Positions 28,962 to 41,100 of a DNA stretch of 62,062 nucleotides are shown here, in pieces. Under the pieces are notes generated by a model that saw only the letters and a list, made by a program, of their open reading frames with translations, did no database searches and was not told where the DNA came from. The position numbers were made by a program, and so were the translations under genes. Source of the DNA: a virus (taxonomy: Duplodnaviria > Caudoviricetes); the IMG/VR virus record IMGVR_UViG_3300010354_000091, positions 1-62,062 of that record; one strand, 5' to 3'. Position 1 is the stretch's first letter. Every line of letters begins with the position of its first letter.

Positions 28962-31900
28962 TTATGCTAATGCCACTACTCTTAGTTCTTTAATTAGGGG
29001 AACATTTGCTTGATCTGTTCCTGTCATAATAATTTTAATATCAAAGTCAGTAAATTCTGGAAGATTATTTGCACTATATTCATATTCAAAAAATTCATTA
29101 GCACCTGAACTTGGTGGAACAAAAACATCAGAACTTCCAGTATTTGCTGCTGGATTTATTACATTTCCAAGATTATCTAAGTTTTCATATCCAGGGAAAA
29201 GTTCATAAGATGGCAATGCTTCTGCAGAATCCTTTCTATAAATTCTATACAGAACTTTAATGTCAGCAGTGCTTGGTCTATTGGCACCAAACAATACTTT
29301 GATTGAAGTAGCTGGATTTGTTAATGATATTTTCTTAGAAACATAAGTTGCTGCGTGCTCATCATATATTTGTTTCGTTAACGATAACTCTGGTGATGGA
29401 GTTGTCCAGTCAGTAACTATTTGATTTATTCTATTTGAAGTAAGTATGGCACTTACTCTTTCCAAATCAATTACTGGTGAAACATTAGGATCACCTGTAG
29501 CAATATCAATTGCCATAGTAAATGATTTATTTGCTGGCAAATCTGTCATTTTACTATCTTCATTAACTTTAGAAGCAATCATTCTAACTGAAGATAGGTT
29601 ATTTATTTCATTTAGTTCAACTTGCTCAAAACCTAAATCTTGGAATGGTGTTTCTGTTCCATCAACACTTCTTGCACTTGTAGTTCTAATTCTTGCTCCA
29701 TATCCAGTTGCTGGTGGAGTAAAGATATTGACATTTGGAGTTATTGTTGAGAAAATAATATTTTTTGAAGATTCTATTGATTCACCAACTGCATAATCAA
29801 ATGTGTTGGAATCCTTGGTTTCATTGAAGAACAGATTGGGGAAATCTGAGTTTCCACTTCTATCAACTCCATATGTAGTATCATTCATATTTAATTTGAT
29901 ATGATAACTATCAATTTCTATTGGACTTGGAACAGTTGGTGGAGTTGTAGACATATTATGAACTCGGTTAATTCTACGTAGTGAAACGTAATTTAACTCA
30001 TATTTCATAACAGAAGATCCACTGTTGTGTTGTGTTGCGGAGGAGTTGCCTGCTATTCCCACATCAACTCCACGAGTGATGCCAGTTAGTGTATTGTTGT
30101 TGGAATCAACTCCAGTGTACGAAATTAGTTCTTTTCCAATCTTCACATATCCTGGATTTGTAGTGGAAACTCCAACATTTTCAAAAGTTGAGAATATTGA
30201 AATGGAATCTACTGGAATTGGTCCAGTTGAAGTCTGGTCATAAGATACGGATAATTTTGCTGGTTTTACATCACTCTTAATACCTTTAATGGAAACTAAA
30301 TTATTCGTTGAATACATTCCATGATTTACATCAAAAACTCTAAAATGTAATCCATCATTTTGAGCATTTTGGTTCAAATATGAAACTGTTGCAACTCCAA
30401 CATAACTTGTTATTCCTGTAGAAGTTTCATAGGTTAGTCGTTTTCCAATAACCGAAGAACTATCATAAGTTCCTTGAACATTATCTAGAATTACTGTATT
30501 AAATTGTCCAATAGTTACTACAGAAAGGGTAGCTCCACTACCAAAGGCAACTGTACTTGGGATTTTTACAACGTCTCCAGATCTATATCCATATCCACCA
30601 CTGACAACAGTTACTATTCCAGCACCAGAGTCTGTTAAATCTAATTTGTTATTTTGGAAAGTTACGTCAACTTTCAATCCAGTTCCTTCTCCAGTAATCG
30701 TTTCCAACTCAAGACCTTGATATACAGTATTGGTATATCCAGATCCAACGTTTAATGATGTTAAACCATAACCAAGTTTAACAGAACCTGCAACCCCAAC
30801 AAGATTTCCAATCATTGTTGTGTCTGTTATTCCAATGCTAACACCTTGAGAAATTTGTGGAAGTGAAATTGAGGTTGATAATCCAATTAGAACTTTATTT
30901 GATAGAGTTCTAACAGAATCTGGACTCAAATGTGACAATGTTGTATAATCACCACCTTCAATTGGATTGAAGAATAGCACTGTTGCAGGATCAGTAGTAA
31001 ATTGTGCATTATATAAAGTAAACTTCAGATCTTCATAACTACTTGGTTCCCATGTGCTTCCATTTTGAGATTTGAATAGTGATCCCAAGAATGGTTGTTG
31101 AGAAACTATCTTTTTAGCTGACTCTGGAAGATTTTTGGTGGTGATGTCCTCTTCTCCCATTCTAGAAATCCAAACTTGATAATCTGTAGAATCGGAAAGT
31201 AAGACAATTGCATATTCTTTGAATGCCTCTAAGAAAATTGGGGCAGGGAAGGTGACCGTTGTTGCAACTGTTCCATCTTCAGACAAATTAATGTCATCAA
31301 GTTTTAGTTCAACTTCAGAATCTGCAATAACTTTTGTGGATGGGACTCCTTGCTCAACTGGTCTTAACTGAACAATTACAGGATCTTTTGCTCCATTGGT
31401 AGGTTTGTTGTAGAAATATAAATCTAACTTGGTAACAAATATTCCATAATTGTTCTCAACTACAAATGATTGTGCCAAAGGATCTTTATAAACTTTTAGT
31501 GTCTTTGTAGTCTTTTCTACATTAGTTTGTTTGTTAAAGAAAACTTGATCTGTAGATACCGAAGCTTTTTTCTTTTCAGAAAATACTGATTCGGTGGAAG
31601 GTTGAAGATTTTCTTTGTTGACAGATGCATTTTTTATATTTAACTGCGTATCTTGAGCAGTAGTCAATAATCCCTGAGCATAAAAATCATTTTGGGCAAA
31701 AGATGATTGAGTTCCTGGAGTTGGATCAAATGATTCAGTGTTTATTAGTCTGAAATTCTTAACTCCAGTTTCAAATTGAATAGGCTCTTCAGGAACAAAG
31801 AAAGATCCTATTAAAGTTCCAACATCATCACTAACTAATCTAACTGAAGATACTATAGCTCTTGCCCCACTAGTTTGTCCAATAAGTTCAAATCCTTCTC

Positions 31901-34900
31901 TACATACACCAAAGAAGTTTCCTATTGCAGCTTCTTGAAGAGAAGAAGTGTCAACATTCAATATAGTGCTTGTTGATGTGTATATGCTGGGAAGTGTAAC
32001 ATCTGTCTCAGAATATGGATTTATTGCAAATACATCTGTTGGTGAATTATATGGACCATATTTATGATTTGCATTAGCTACTCTAAATGTGCAAGTAGTA
32101 ATATCTGGATTATTAATATCATTGCATTCTACAGTTTCCCCAACTTGGAAAATTCCATTGGTCATTTGAACCTGTAAAAGTTTTGGAAAACAGTTGTTGG
32201 AAACATTTACTGAGTCAAAGAATGGATAGAATAAAGTTTTTGGTTTTAATTTTTTGGCAACAAATTCAATGTTTCTTGATCTCATATATTTGATGAGTTC
32301 ACTTGAAACCAATTTTTGTCCGAGATTGACGGAATCTATTTTTTCAGATACATTAAATTTAACACCCGTTTTTGTCTGCTTTAACTCTGCAGATGATGTT
32401 GTTGCTGTTTGTACCTGAAGTTTATCTTTAGATGTTGTTTTTGTGGTAGTTTCTTGAACTAACTTTGTGCAACCATCACAATCCTTACCGGTTTTATATT
32501 TCTTCTGTTTAATATCAGGATCAGATATGACTTTATCAATATCTAAAGAAACTTTAGTGTGAGCATCAATACCAATCCAATCTGTTTTCCAAGATGACCA
32601 TTCAAAACCATTAAATCCTTGAGATAATGCCTGATATGATCCTTCTACGTTAACTGTATTTGTTTCTATAGTTCCTGCATCCAACCAGGTATCTGAAGAT
32701 GGGTTCAATTCAAGAATTCCAGTATATGAAGTAACTAAAAATGGAGTTACATTTTCAACTCTTGTTGCAAAAACATTTTGTGCATAAACTTGCTCAGAAT
32801 AATCTAAGGTTATAATTTTCTTATTTTTCTTTACATTTTCATCTAAATCATATTCTTCAAAAGAATAGTCTGCATTTGGATCTGGATTTGCACCAAGACC
32901 TATTGTTTTTGATGCTAAAATAAGATCTATTGCAGTGGTATAATTTAATGGTCTTAGATAACCTTGATCTTTGTCTATAGATGCTTTGAATTCTACACTT
33001 GATATATCATGTGAAGTGTGTGATTTGAAATTATCAACAAAGAATCCAGATTTAAACCTATCCAACCCATTTACTTTTACAGACAACGATTCTGCAGAAA
33101 GTTCTAGCAATGATAATTGAGTATAATATTCTACATTCTGAATTCTAGATTCCAATCTAGCAATGTCTTGCATTCTATATCTCTTATGAGATGAATAAGA
33201 GACCGCAGCATCTTTAACTGTTCTTAAATATGGTGGTAAAATAATTGTAGCTACGTTTAAACTACCGTCAATTATCTGTGGTGGTGATGGGTTGTCATCT
33301 GGGACCCCAACAGACAATTGGAAAGTTCCCTCTTTTGATAATGACAATCTATCAATTCTTGGGAGATAATAATCAAATCCTACTAAAAATGTTTCATTCG
33401 GCGCAATGTAATAATTTCCCTCTGATGCAAAATTTCTAGAAGAAAATTCAAATGGAGAATATGTTGATGTAGTATCATATGGCAATACCCTTGGTCTTAT
33501 ATCTACGACATCTGATAAGGGTCTGTCGTTAATAAAATACAAATCTTTATATTTTTCTTCTGGATAACTGTTGACAGTTACAACATCTCCTATATCACCA
33601 GACTCTATAAAATAATTTTGGAAAACTACTTTTATTTTTCTAGTTGGGGTATAATTGCTATCTTTTCTATTAATTTTTGAGAAATCATAATAGTTTATTC
33701 TTTGCCCATTGTCTAAAACATATTTGTCAGTGATATTTTTATCCCCATTATCAATATTGCTTACAATACCGGTTATTCCACTTTCTTTAAAGGAAACTAT
33801 TTCTCCAGGAATGAATGTGGAAAATGTACTAACATATACAAACTCAATTTGACTTATATTTTTGGATATCACTATCGCAACGGAATTGCTATTTGCTCCT
33901 ATTATAGTGTCTCCAACTACAAGATCAGATGAATTGCCATTTGGTCCAGTTAAAGATCCAGCAACGAAAGTCATTGTTGGGAGATCTGGATCTGACAAGT
34001 CATTAGATTCAAAAATTCCAAGAACAGTGTTTACATCTGGAACATTTAGAGAAATTTCAGGATCCTGAACCCTAGTTCCATAAACATTACTATATATCAA
34101 TCCATCATTTAGTGTTGTTGCACCAACACCAGATGCCGCAAATGAGGACCTATTAATTACTATAGAATTTACTTTGTTATTCTTTTTGGTTTTTGATTTT
34201 ACTTTAGATTTTTTAACAGTTACAGTTAAAGTTGCATTTGATCCACTGGCAACACTTAAGTTATTGATTGTTAAATCTTTAAATCCATTTGTGAATGTAA
34301 ATTTATCGGAAGATAAATTTTCAACTTTGCCATTACTATATGTTAAGGTATATCTTTGTTCGGAAAATGGTTGATATATATAATCGGTTTCTAAAGTTGG
34401 ACCTGTAATTGAGTTTGAAGAGAAAGAAGCAATATTATACTGCCTCTTCAGAATAATATCAGTTTCTTCTGTATTTACCCTTGCTATATTTGTTTTTGTT
34501 AATTTTGAAACGTATGAATTATTACTTGCAGTTTCAAATGTTGGGAAAATTGTTGTAAGATTTGATACTGTGATTTCTTGAGCTGATGTATTTCCATCAC
34601 AAACTCCATTTACACTAGTGACAGAAGTAACTCCAAGTGTTGTTCCATCAGAAGATATTGAATTTATTTTATTAAAAGTAATTGTTGAAAATCCAGGTAT
34701 AGAGTAAGAAATAATATTTCCTACCGTAGCAAATCCAATAAAATTGGTTGATGGTGAAGTAATAGTACTTATTCCAGTATCTGAATCTTTACCTGTTATT
34801 TTAAATGATGGTGAAGGTAAAGAAACTCCAGGTATGTTGGATATTGAATTTGGTTGGACTGATTTATTTAAAATTAAATCACCATTAAATCCAGCATCAT

Positions 34901-36554
34901 TAGTTGCACCGGATTTATATGAGTAAATGGATTTTACATCTGAAATTCCATAATCTCTGGTTGATTTGATAGTATGACCAAATGTTCCTATTCCACTTAC
35001 AATAATTCCTTCATCTATTAAAAATTTTCCATTTACATCATAAAGAGTTACGGTAGAAGAATTGGTAACGACATTTTTTACATATCCTTTTGATCCACTA
35101 GAGGTTCCTTGAATCAATACCGATTTTGATAAATCTATATTTTGATTTAACTCTAGAGTGGTATAAGTTTGTAAATCAAAAATTCTTAACTTATATTCTG
35201 TAGTTATTCCAGTAGAATAAACATATTCATAATCATATACTCTTGCAACTCCAATTTCATTTCCTGCTGGAGTCGTTTTGTTTGATCCAATTCTAGAATC
35301 TCTTAAGCTTAAATAAGAAGTTGTTCCCAAACCAACTGTTGGTTGACCAAGGACATTATTTACGAATAAAGAAGGTCCTGCATCAAATGCTATTCCTTCC
35401 GAATTTATAGTTTTTGTTGATCTTGGTTTTGGTGCATCTATTAAAGTAGTGTTTCCTTTTGAAACTTCATAACCTCTAATATAAGCTTTTCCAGGAGAAA
35501 TTTTATAAACAAGAGAATCTTCCGATGGAACATTATTATTAGATGTTAGATCATTTTCGGTATAAAGACCATTATTTCCAAGTCTGTCATTCAAACTTTC
35601 TCTAACAACCATTGAGAAAGGTGTGATATAGTAATCCCCAGACTCATCATAAGTTCTTCTAGCAAACTCTTCTGCAAGAATATTATACTCAGTCTTATCT
35701 ACTAAATTTTCAACAAAACCATTTTTAAATCTTATTAATTCTACAAAATTTTGATCATTAAAATCATCTAGAGATTTTTTAATCAACCTAGTTGAAATTT
35801 TTAATCTATCTGCTCCTGGTGCAGTATAATTTGAAAACCCTTTGGAGTTATCATATAAACTTTCATCTTGATCTGCATTTATTATTTCTTCTTCGATAAA
35901 CAAACCAACTCTATATGAAGGAGTAACTCCAAAGTTATCTAAAACTAAAGTATCACTTTCAACTCTTACAAAATAACCTCTAATAAAATAAACACCTTCA
36001 GATATAAAAACTGCAGACCCTAAGCTAGTTGAATTTGTGTTTATAGTTCTTGCAAATTCTTCATTAGTAGCAATTACATTTGAATTGCCAAAAGTAATAT
36101 CTGATAATGTAATTAAATTTTCACCGTCAATAAAAGTTGAATTTGAAAAATTATTTCCTGTCTTTTCATATGAAATAAAGAGGATGATATTTCCAGTATC
36201 CTCATTCAAAGATACATTCTTAACAGTTGCTGTTACACCACTCGAAGATCCTGAAATTCTCTTATTGAGTAATTGATCTTGATATAATGAGAGTGGTAAA
36301 CCTAAAAATTCAGACTCAACTTGAACACTTGCATATTCTAACGTATAAGTTACTGCCCCAGGAATTACTCTGGCACCTTCTTTAAAGAAGTGTGTTCCAA
36401 ATGACTCAATTTGATTTTGTAATATTGACTGTAGAGTTGTTAATTCTCTAGCTTGTACGGAATATCCAGGTTTAAAAAGAACTTTATGAAAATCCTTATT
36501 TTTATCAAAGTCGTCAAAGTAAGGAGTTCTATTTAAATTAGTTTCCTGTGGCAT
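28962..36554 (-). CDS. Very large VrlC-like virion structural protein
   Basis: 2530 aa; PYFDDFD...VLFKPG.SVQARELT, APGADRLKI, RFKSGFFVDNF, DPLAQSF and GSLFKSQN motifs; lies between g8 and g13. Confidence 0.85.
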   Translation of the reverse strand: MPQETNLNRTPYFDDFDKNKDFHKVLFKPGYSVQARELTTLQSILQNQIESFGTHFFKEGARVIPGAVTYTLEYASVQVESEFLGLPLSLYQDQLLNKRISGSSSGVTATVKNVSLNEDTGNIILFISYEKTGNNFSNSTFIDGENLITLSDITFGNSNVIATNEEFARTINTNSTSLGSAVFISEGVYFIRGYFVRVESDTLVLDNFGVTPSYRVGLFIEEEIINADQDESLYDNSKGFSNYTAPGADRLKISTRLIKKSLDDFNDQNFVELIRFKNGFVENLVDKTEYNILAEEFARRTYDESGDYYITPFSMVVRESLNDRLGNNGLYTENDLTSNNNVPSEDSLVYKISPGKAYIRGYEVSKGNTTLIDAPKPRSTKTINSEGIAFDAGPSLFVNNVLGQPTVGLGTTSYLSLRDSRIGSNKTTPAGNEIGVARVYDYEYVYSTGITTEYKLRIFDLQTYTTLELNQNIDLSKSVLIQGTSSGSKGYVKNVVTNSSTVTLYDVNGKFLIDEGIIVSGIGTFGHTIKSTRDYGISDVKSIYSYKSGATNDAGFNGDLILNKSVQPNSISNIPGVSLPSPSFKITGKDSDTGISTITSPSTNFIGFATVGNIISYSIPGFSTITFNKINSISSDGTTLGVTSVTSVNGVCDGNTSAQEITVSNLTTIFPTFETASNNSYVSKLTKTNIARVNTEETDIILKRQYNIASFSSNSITGPTLETDYIYQPFSEQRYTLTYSNGKVENLSSDKFTFTNGFKDLTINNLSVASGSNATLTVTVKKSKVKSKTKKNNKVNSIVINRSSFAASGVGATTLNDGLIYSNVYGTRVQDPEISLNVPDVNTVLGIFESNDLSDPDLPTMTFVAGSLTGPNGNSSDLVVGDTIIGANSNSVAIVISKNISQIEFVYVSTFSTFIPGEIVSFKESGITGIVSNIDNGDKNITDKYVLDNGQRINYYDFSKINRKDSNYTPTRKIKVVFQNYFIESGDIGDVVTVNSYPEEKYKDLYFINDRPLSDVVDIRPRVLPYDTTSTYSPFEFSSRNFASEGNYYIAPNETFLVGFDYYLPRIDRLSLSKEGTFQLSVGVPDDNPSPPQIIDGSLNVATIILPPYLRTVKDAAVSYSSHKRYRMQDIARLESRIQNVEYYTQLSLLELSAESLSVKVNGLDRFKSGFFVDNFKSHTSHDISSVEFKASIDKDQGYLRPLNYTTAIDLILASKTIGLGANPDPNADYSFEEYDLDENVKKNKKIITLDYSEQVYAQNVFATRVENVTPFLVTSYTGILELNPSSDTWLDAGTIETNTVNVEGSYQALSQGFNGFEWSSWKTDWIGIDAHTKVSLDIDKVISDPDIKQKKYKTGKDCDGCTKLVQETTTKTTSKDKLQVQTATTSSAELKQTKTGVKFNVSEKIDSVNLGQKLVSSELIKYMRSRNIEFVAKKLKPKTLFYPFFDSVNVSNNCFPKLLQVQMTNGIFQVGETVECNDINNPDITTCTFRVANANHKYGPYNSPTDVFAINPYSETDVTLPSIYTSTSTILNVDTSSLQEAAIGNFFGVCREGFELIGQTSGARAIVSSVRLVSDDVGTLIGSFFVPEEPIQFETGVKNFRLINTESFDPTPGTQSSFAQNDFYAQGLLTTAQDTQLNIKNASVNKENLQPSTESVFSEKKKASVSTDQVFFNKQTNVEKTTKTLKVYKDPLAQSFVVENNYGIFVTKLDLYFYNKPTNGAKDPVIVQLRPVEQGVPSTKVIADSEVELKLDDINLSEDGTVATTVTFPAPIFLEAFKEYAIVLLSDSTDYQVWISRMGEEDITTKNLPESAKKIVSQQPFLGSLFKSQNGSTWEPSSYEDLKFTLYNAQFTTDPATVLFFNPIEGGDYTTLSHLSPDSVRTLSNKVLIGLSTSISLPQISQGVSIGITDTTMIGNLVGVAGSVKLGYGLTSLNVGSGYTNTVYQGLELETITGEGTGLKVDVTFQNNKLDLTDSGAGIVTVVSGGYGYRSGDVVKIPSTVAFGSGATLSVVTIGQFNTVILDNVQGTYDSSSVIGKRLTYETSTGITSYVGVATVSYLNQNAQNDGLHFRVFDVNHGMYSTNNLVSIKGIKSDVKPAKLSVSYDQTSTGPIPVDSISIFSTFENVGVSTTNPGYVKIGKELISYTGVDSNNNTLTGITRGVDVGIAGNSSATQHNSGSSVMKYELNYVSLRRINRVHNMSTTPPTVPSPIEIDSYHIKLNMNDTTYGVDRSGNSDFPNLFFNETKDSNTFDYAVGESIESSKNIIFSTITPNVNIFTPPATGYGARIRTTSARSVDGTETPFQDLGFEQVELNEINNLSSVRMIASKVNEDSKMTDLPANKSFTMAIDIATGDPNVSPVIDLERVSAILTSNRINQIVTDWTTPSPELSLTKQIYDEHAATYVSKKISLTNPATSIKVLFGANRPSTADIKVLYRIYRKDSAEALPSYELFPGYENLDNLGNVINPAANTGSSDVFVPPSSGANEFFEYEYSANNLPEFTDFDIKIIMTGTDQANVPLIKELRVVALA

Positions 36555-36559
36555 GGTAG

Positions 36560-38137
36560 TTAGAATTGCAATATAATTTTAATATCTTCTTTTTGATTAG
36601 AAGATCTAGTTACTGATGGCCTATTGTCCACATAAAGAATATCCCCAGAATATTTTTGTACTTCTGGAGAAGCTACACCTTGAACAAAGCTCTGTCCCAG
36701 ATAATAGGTAAAGTTATTTATCTCCGTTGATACACCTGGATTAGAAGATGATCCAAAAGTTGTTTGGATTGCTAAATTATTTGATCCACCAAAAATAGTT
36801 AATGATCCACCAGTTTCTGGAGAAGACGTGAACTGATACTGTTTATACCCATATTTTGGTGAAATTGGATTATCATACGCATCTCTTTGAGTTGATATGA
36901 ATAATTTTCTTTCTTGCCAATATTTAACAACTCCAGTGTTATTATTCCAAGATAAAACTTTTCCAACTGCTGTTGATGCTACGCCAACTGTTTGTGTTAT
37001 TTCCGAATCAACTGTAAAAGTGGTAGAAGTTGTTAAACCGGTTAATTTCAAAGCATATGCAGCACTTGCTTTTTGCTTTGTTAAAAGTGATGATGAATTG
37101 TAGAATGTTGGATTTTTTATAATCCCAACTCTAGAGAATTGATTTCCAGTTATAAAATCGGGATCAACATCATCATTTTCTAGTCTAGAATATATTAAAG
37201 TTTTGGTTGCCCCAAGTTCTCTGTATACATCATAACCGTGGCCACCTGGTGGTGGAATTATCACAGTAAATTCAGCATCTTTATCTGACACCGAATTTGT
37301 TACATTTGCAGCCTCCAAGTCTACAGTTCCATAAGTATATCCAGATCCACCATTGGTCACTGTAATTGATGCTATTTTTTGATCTGCACCAACTACTACA
37401 GAGCAAGTTGCTCCTGTTCCATCACCCTTAATTGGAATATTGTTGTATGTATTTTCGGTATAACCCTCTCCTCTGTCTTCTATCAGAATAGTCTTAATTT
37501 GTTGACTTACCTGAGTATGATCCCTAACAGAAGCAACAGAAGTATTAGTTGACCAATTTGAAGGAACGGGAATATAATTTGTCGATTCAAATTTTATGAG
37601 ATCATTTGGTTTTATTGTATATAAGTATTTCCACAGATATCCATCACCACTAAGACCAGCTGCCCTTGGTTCTAAATCAACAAAAGTTGGTTCATCTAAT
37701 GAAGGTTTTCCAGAAGTGAAATCTACACCATCGTATCCATTATTGATACAAACGTATACTCTATAATCACTGTTTACAACATAAAAATTTGCATCATATA
37801 AATGTGTTGCTCCACTATTTGGTGCAGGATTATTCACTGAATAATCATGTCTGTACATATCATAGGTTGTACCAGATGTCCAGACTGATTTTCTGATAAC
37901 TTTTGAGATATCAGACTGATTTATTTTTTTTAAAGCAATGATGCTATCCCAAATTTCATTATATTGGTCAAAATTGTCAATCGGACTTGGTGTGGCAACA
38001 TCCCAATTAGAATCTATTTCATTGGAATTTGGCAAACCAATAAACATATAATAATTGTTTGACTCAGTTGATGCAATTCCGGCAACAAGGTTGCCGGAAT
38101 TCAATATTCTAAATTGATTTGTAATTATAGCAGCCAT
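36560..38137 (-). CDS. g8: Baseplate wedge subunit
   Basis: W.SGTTYDMYRHDY, VYVCINN, DGYLWKYLY and SGDILYVDNR motifs. Confidence 0.9.
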   Translation of the reverse strand: MAAIITNQFRILNSGNLVAGIASTESNNYYMFIGLPNSNEIDSNWDVATPSPIDNFDQYNEIWDSIIALKKINQSDISKVIRKSVWTSGTTYDMYRHDYSVNNPAPNSGATHLYDANFYVVNSDYRVYVCINNGYDGVDFTSGKPSLDEPTFVDLEPRAAGLSGDGYLWKYLYTIKPNDLIKFESTNYIPVPSNWSTNTSVASVRDHTQVSQQIKTILIEDRGEGYTENTYNNIPIKGDGTGATCSVVVGADQKIASITVTNGGSGYTYGTVDLEAANVTNSVSDKDAEFTVIIPPPGGHGYDVYRELGATKTLIYSRLENDDVDPDFITGNQFSRVGIIKNPTFYNSSSLLTKQKASAAYALKLTGLTTSTTFTVDSEITQTVGVASTAVGKVLSWNNNTGVVKYWQERKLFISTQRDAYDNPISPKYGYKQYQFTSSPETGGSLTIFGGSNNLAIQTTFGSSSNPGVSTEINNFTYYLGQSFVQGVASPEVQKYSGDILYVDNRPSVTRSSNQKEDIKIILQF

Positions 38138-38155
38138 TTAGAGTTTTTTATTTAT

Positions 38156-41100
38156 TTATGATGTATACAATGATCTTATTGGTGTTGTTCTAACGATTAG
38201 AGCTGATGTTGTAATTCCACTCAGACCATTTGACAAATCAACCCCATACTCATTATCGGATGAAGCACGATTGAAATTATATATTCTTCCCCAACTAAAC
38301 ATTCCTATAAATTGACTTCCAATTCCAGATATGTTGTTGTAAGAAGTAACACTTGTAGTAACTCTTACTATATCTGTTGTTGATCCATAACCAAGAGCAT
38401 TAGATTGAACATTTTTTACATCAAAAGATTGATAAACATTATCTATAAAAGTTGTCCCTATGCCAAGAATATTTCCATTACTATTCAGTGATGTTAAACC
38501 ATTACCAACTGTTGACTCATAAACTACAAAGTAATATCCAGTCTGTATTCCAGAAATAGATGAAGATGATCCAACTAAAGATGCATTTCTAAATATAGAA
38601 TTTTTTGGGAAATAGAAATCAAAATATATTCCTGTAGACACTCCAGATATGGAAGTAGTTCCAATGCCAGTTATTATTCCATGATCTCCTTCATAGTTTA
38701 CATCTGTTAAAATATCAAACTTAACTGGTTCTTGTTCTATTAAAATTTGAGGGGGATTTGTTGAGGTATATCCAAGTCCACCATTAGATACAATCACAGA
38801 AGAAACTGTTCCAAATCCAATTGAACATGTAGCAACAGCAGTAGTTCCAATAGATGGAGATGAAATTGAAACTATTGGTGCAGTAGAAAATCCTAATCCA
38901 CCATTCAAAATGTTAATTTGACTGATAGATCCTGCAACTGAAACTACTGCAGTCGCAATTGCACCTAACTTTTGTTCTTGAGATATTATTTTCACACTTT
39001 GTTTACCTTGAGGTAAAATTTCTGGATAATAATTAAACAAAGGTCTTACATTTTGAACAAAAATTGAAGTGCTTGCAACACCAACGGGACTTATTATAGT
39101 TGTGTTGGGGAAAATATTAGAATTTAAATCTTTTCTACTCTTTGAAATTAAAATTTCATCCAAATAGAGATCTTCTCTTTGTTTGCACCATTCAACCGTT
39201 CTTACAATTGAAGATTCTGAAGTTATTCCTGGTCCAAAATATGAACTTGTAAACACAGAGTCTACAGAATTAATTTCTGATACGACTCTCGTTTTCTCAG
39301 AATAACGTCCTTTTCTAAATCTATCAGTTATTGTTAACCTATCACCTTCTTTTACAGTTGGTGAGATTTCTACAGATTTTACATCTGCATCTGATCCCTT
39401 GAAGAATAATACTTTTACATTATCACCTTGTTTTGGTGCTTCCAAGAATTCAATCTTTGTTCCACCATTAAAAATATAAGACTCATTTGGTATTTGTAGT
39501 ATGTCATTAATGAATACTAATAGATTTTGTTCCAATTCTAATGGAGATCCCTCTCCTGTCACAAAACTAGAAATAACTCCATTTTCTTTCAAAGTGAATA
39601 ACTTTTTAGATCCATCAAATTCACCGTTGAAATCATCTAGAACAACAAATTGACCTGGATACCAAGAATTAAATTTATCATTAAATACTTCAGAAACTGT
39701 TAATTCAAAAGGTCTGAAAGAAATTGAAGGATCTGTTGGAATGCCTGCATTTCCTCCAATATTAAATGTAATTTTATCACCTACAGAATATCCATATCCA
39801 CTATTTGACAGGTTAAATTCTATAACACTGTTGCCATATCCAACTTGTATATCAATAGTAGCTTCGGTTCCAACTCCAACATTAGATGGTGAATAGATTA
39901 GAGGTATATTTTCATAATTTAAAGGAGAATCTATAATTATGGTGGGTGGATTTGTTGTTGTATAACCAGATCCAACGTTAGTAACTGATATTGAGACAAT
40001 ATGACCATTAACAGCAGAAGCTGTTCCTATTGCAATTTTACCTGTAGAAGTAGCTACCGAAACAGTAATTGACGTTTGAATACCTGGTCTATATCCAGAT
40101 CCACTATTTCCTATTGAAACTGATTGAATTGTTCCCGCAATAGAAACGTTTGCAGTTCCTCCAGCAGCAACAAGTGGTTGGAATCCATATCCCTGTGTTG
40201 ATCCAACAGAAACTATAATTCCACCTCTTGGTATTCCTGCACTATTAATATCATATTTCATTGGTCCAATAATTCCATTAGTTGTTAAACCAACGGGGTT
40301 TCCACTGAAAATAACACTAGAAATGCCAGAATTTTCAACAACTTCATAGGTATAAGTCTGTGCTATTCCTGTTGCGGGATATTTTGGTTTTTGGAATATA
40401 TTATTGATTAAAAGAATTCCTGCTGAAACTGAATTTGTACTAACAATTCCAGTAACATTTTGACCATTTGATTTTAGTGTAAATGTACTATCAGTACCGT
40501 TAAATTGGTTTGAGATGTCATCAAATATTTGATTTTCATAATAAGCAGTATTTGACGATCCTACAGGAGCGGATCTCAAGAAAACTCTACCTTGGAATGA
40601 TGATCTAGATTCGGAATTTAATTCTTCACCGTGAGGTGACTCTACAAAATAAATTGTATCATTTAGAATATTATAGTTTCCTTCATACCTAGTAATAACT
40701 GCTCCAGATAAATGTGGTGTAGATAGTGTTCCAAGCTGCTCTCTCCTACAATAAACTTTATTTGTTCCACCCAATCCAACATCAGTTATAATTAAGAATT
40801 CATCATTTATTTTAATTAAGTCTTTAGCATAAAAACCATCTGTGTTTTCAAATGTCAATAGTGAGAATGAATTTATTGCTTCTATATCCTGTAACAATGA
40901 AGTTGTTCTTGCAGTAGAAACCACAGGATTTTGAATTACATTATCGATAGAGATTATTGCCTTTGAATTTGATTTATAGTTGGAAGAAAATATGTGAGAT
41001 TGTCCGACACCAACTGTTTGAATATCAAAAACAACAGGATTAGATGCTAAGGCTTTTTCTGCAGTCTCTGCAAATTTAACCAAATTATCATCAATTTTTA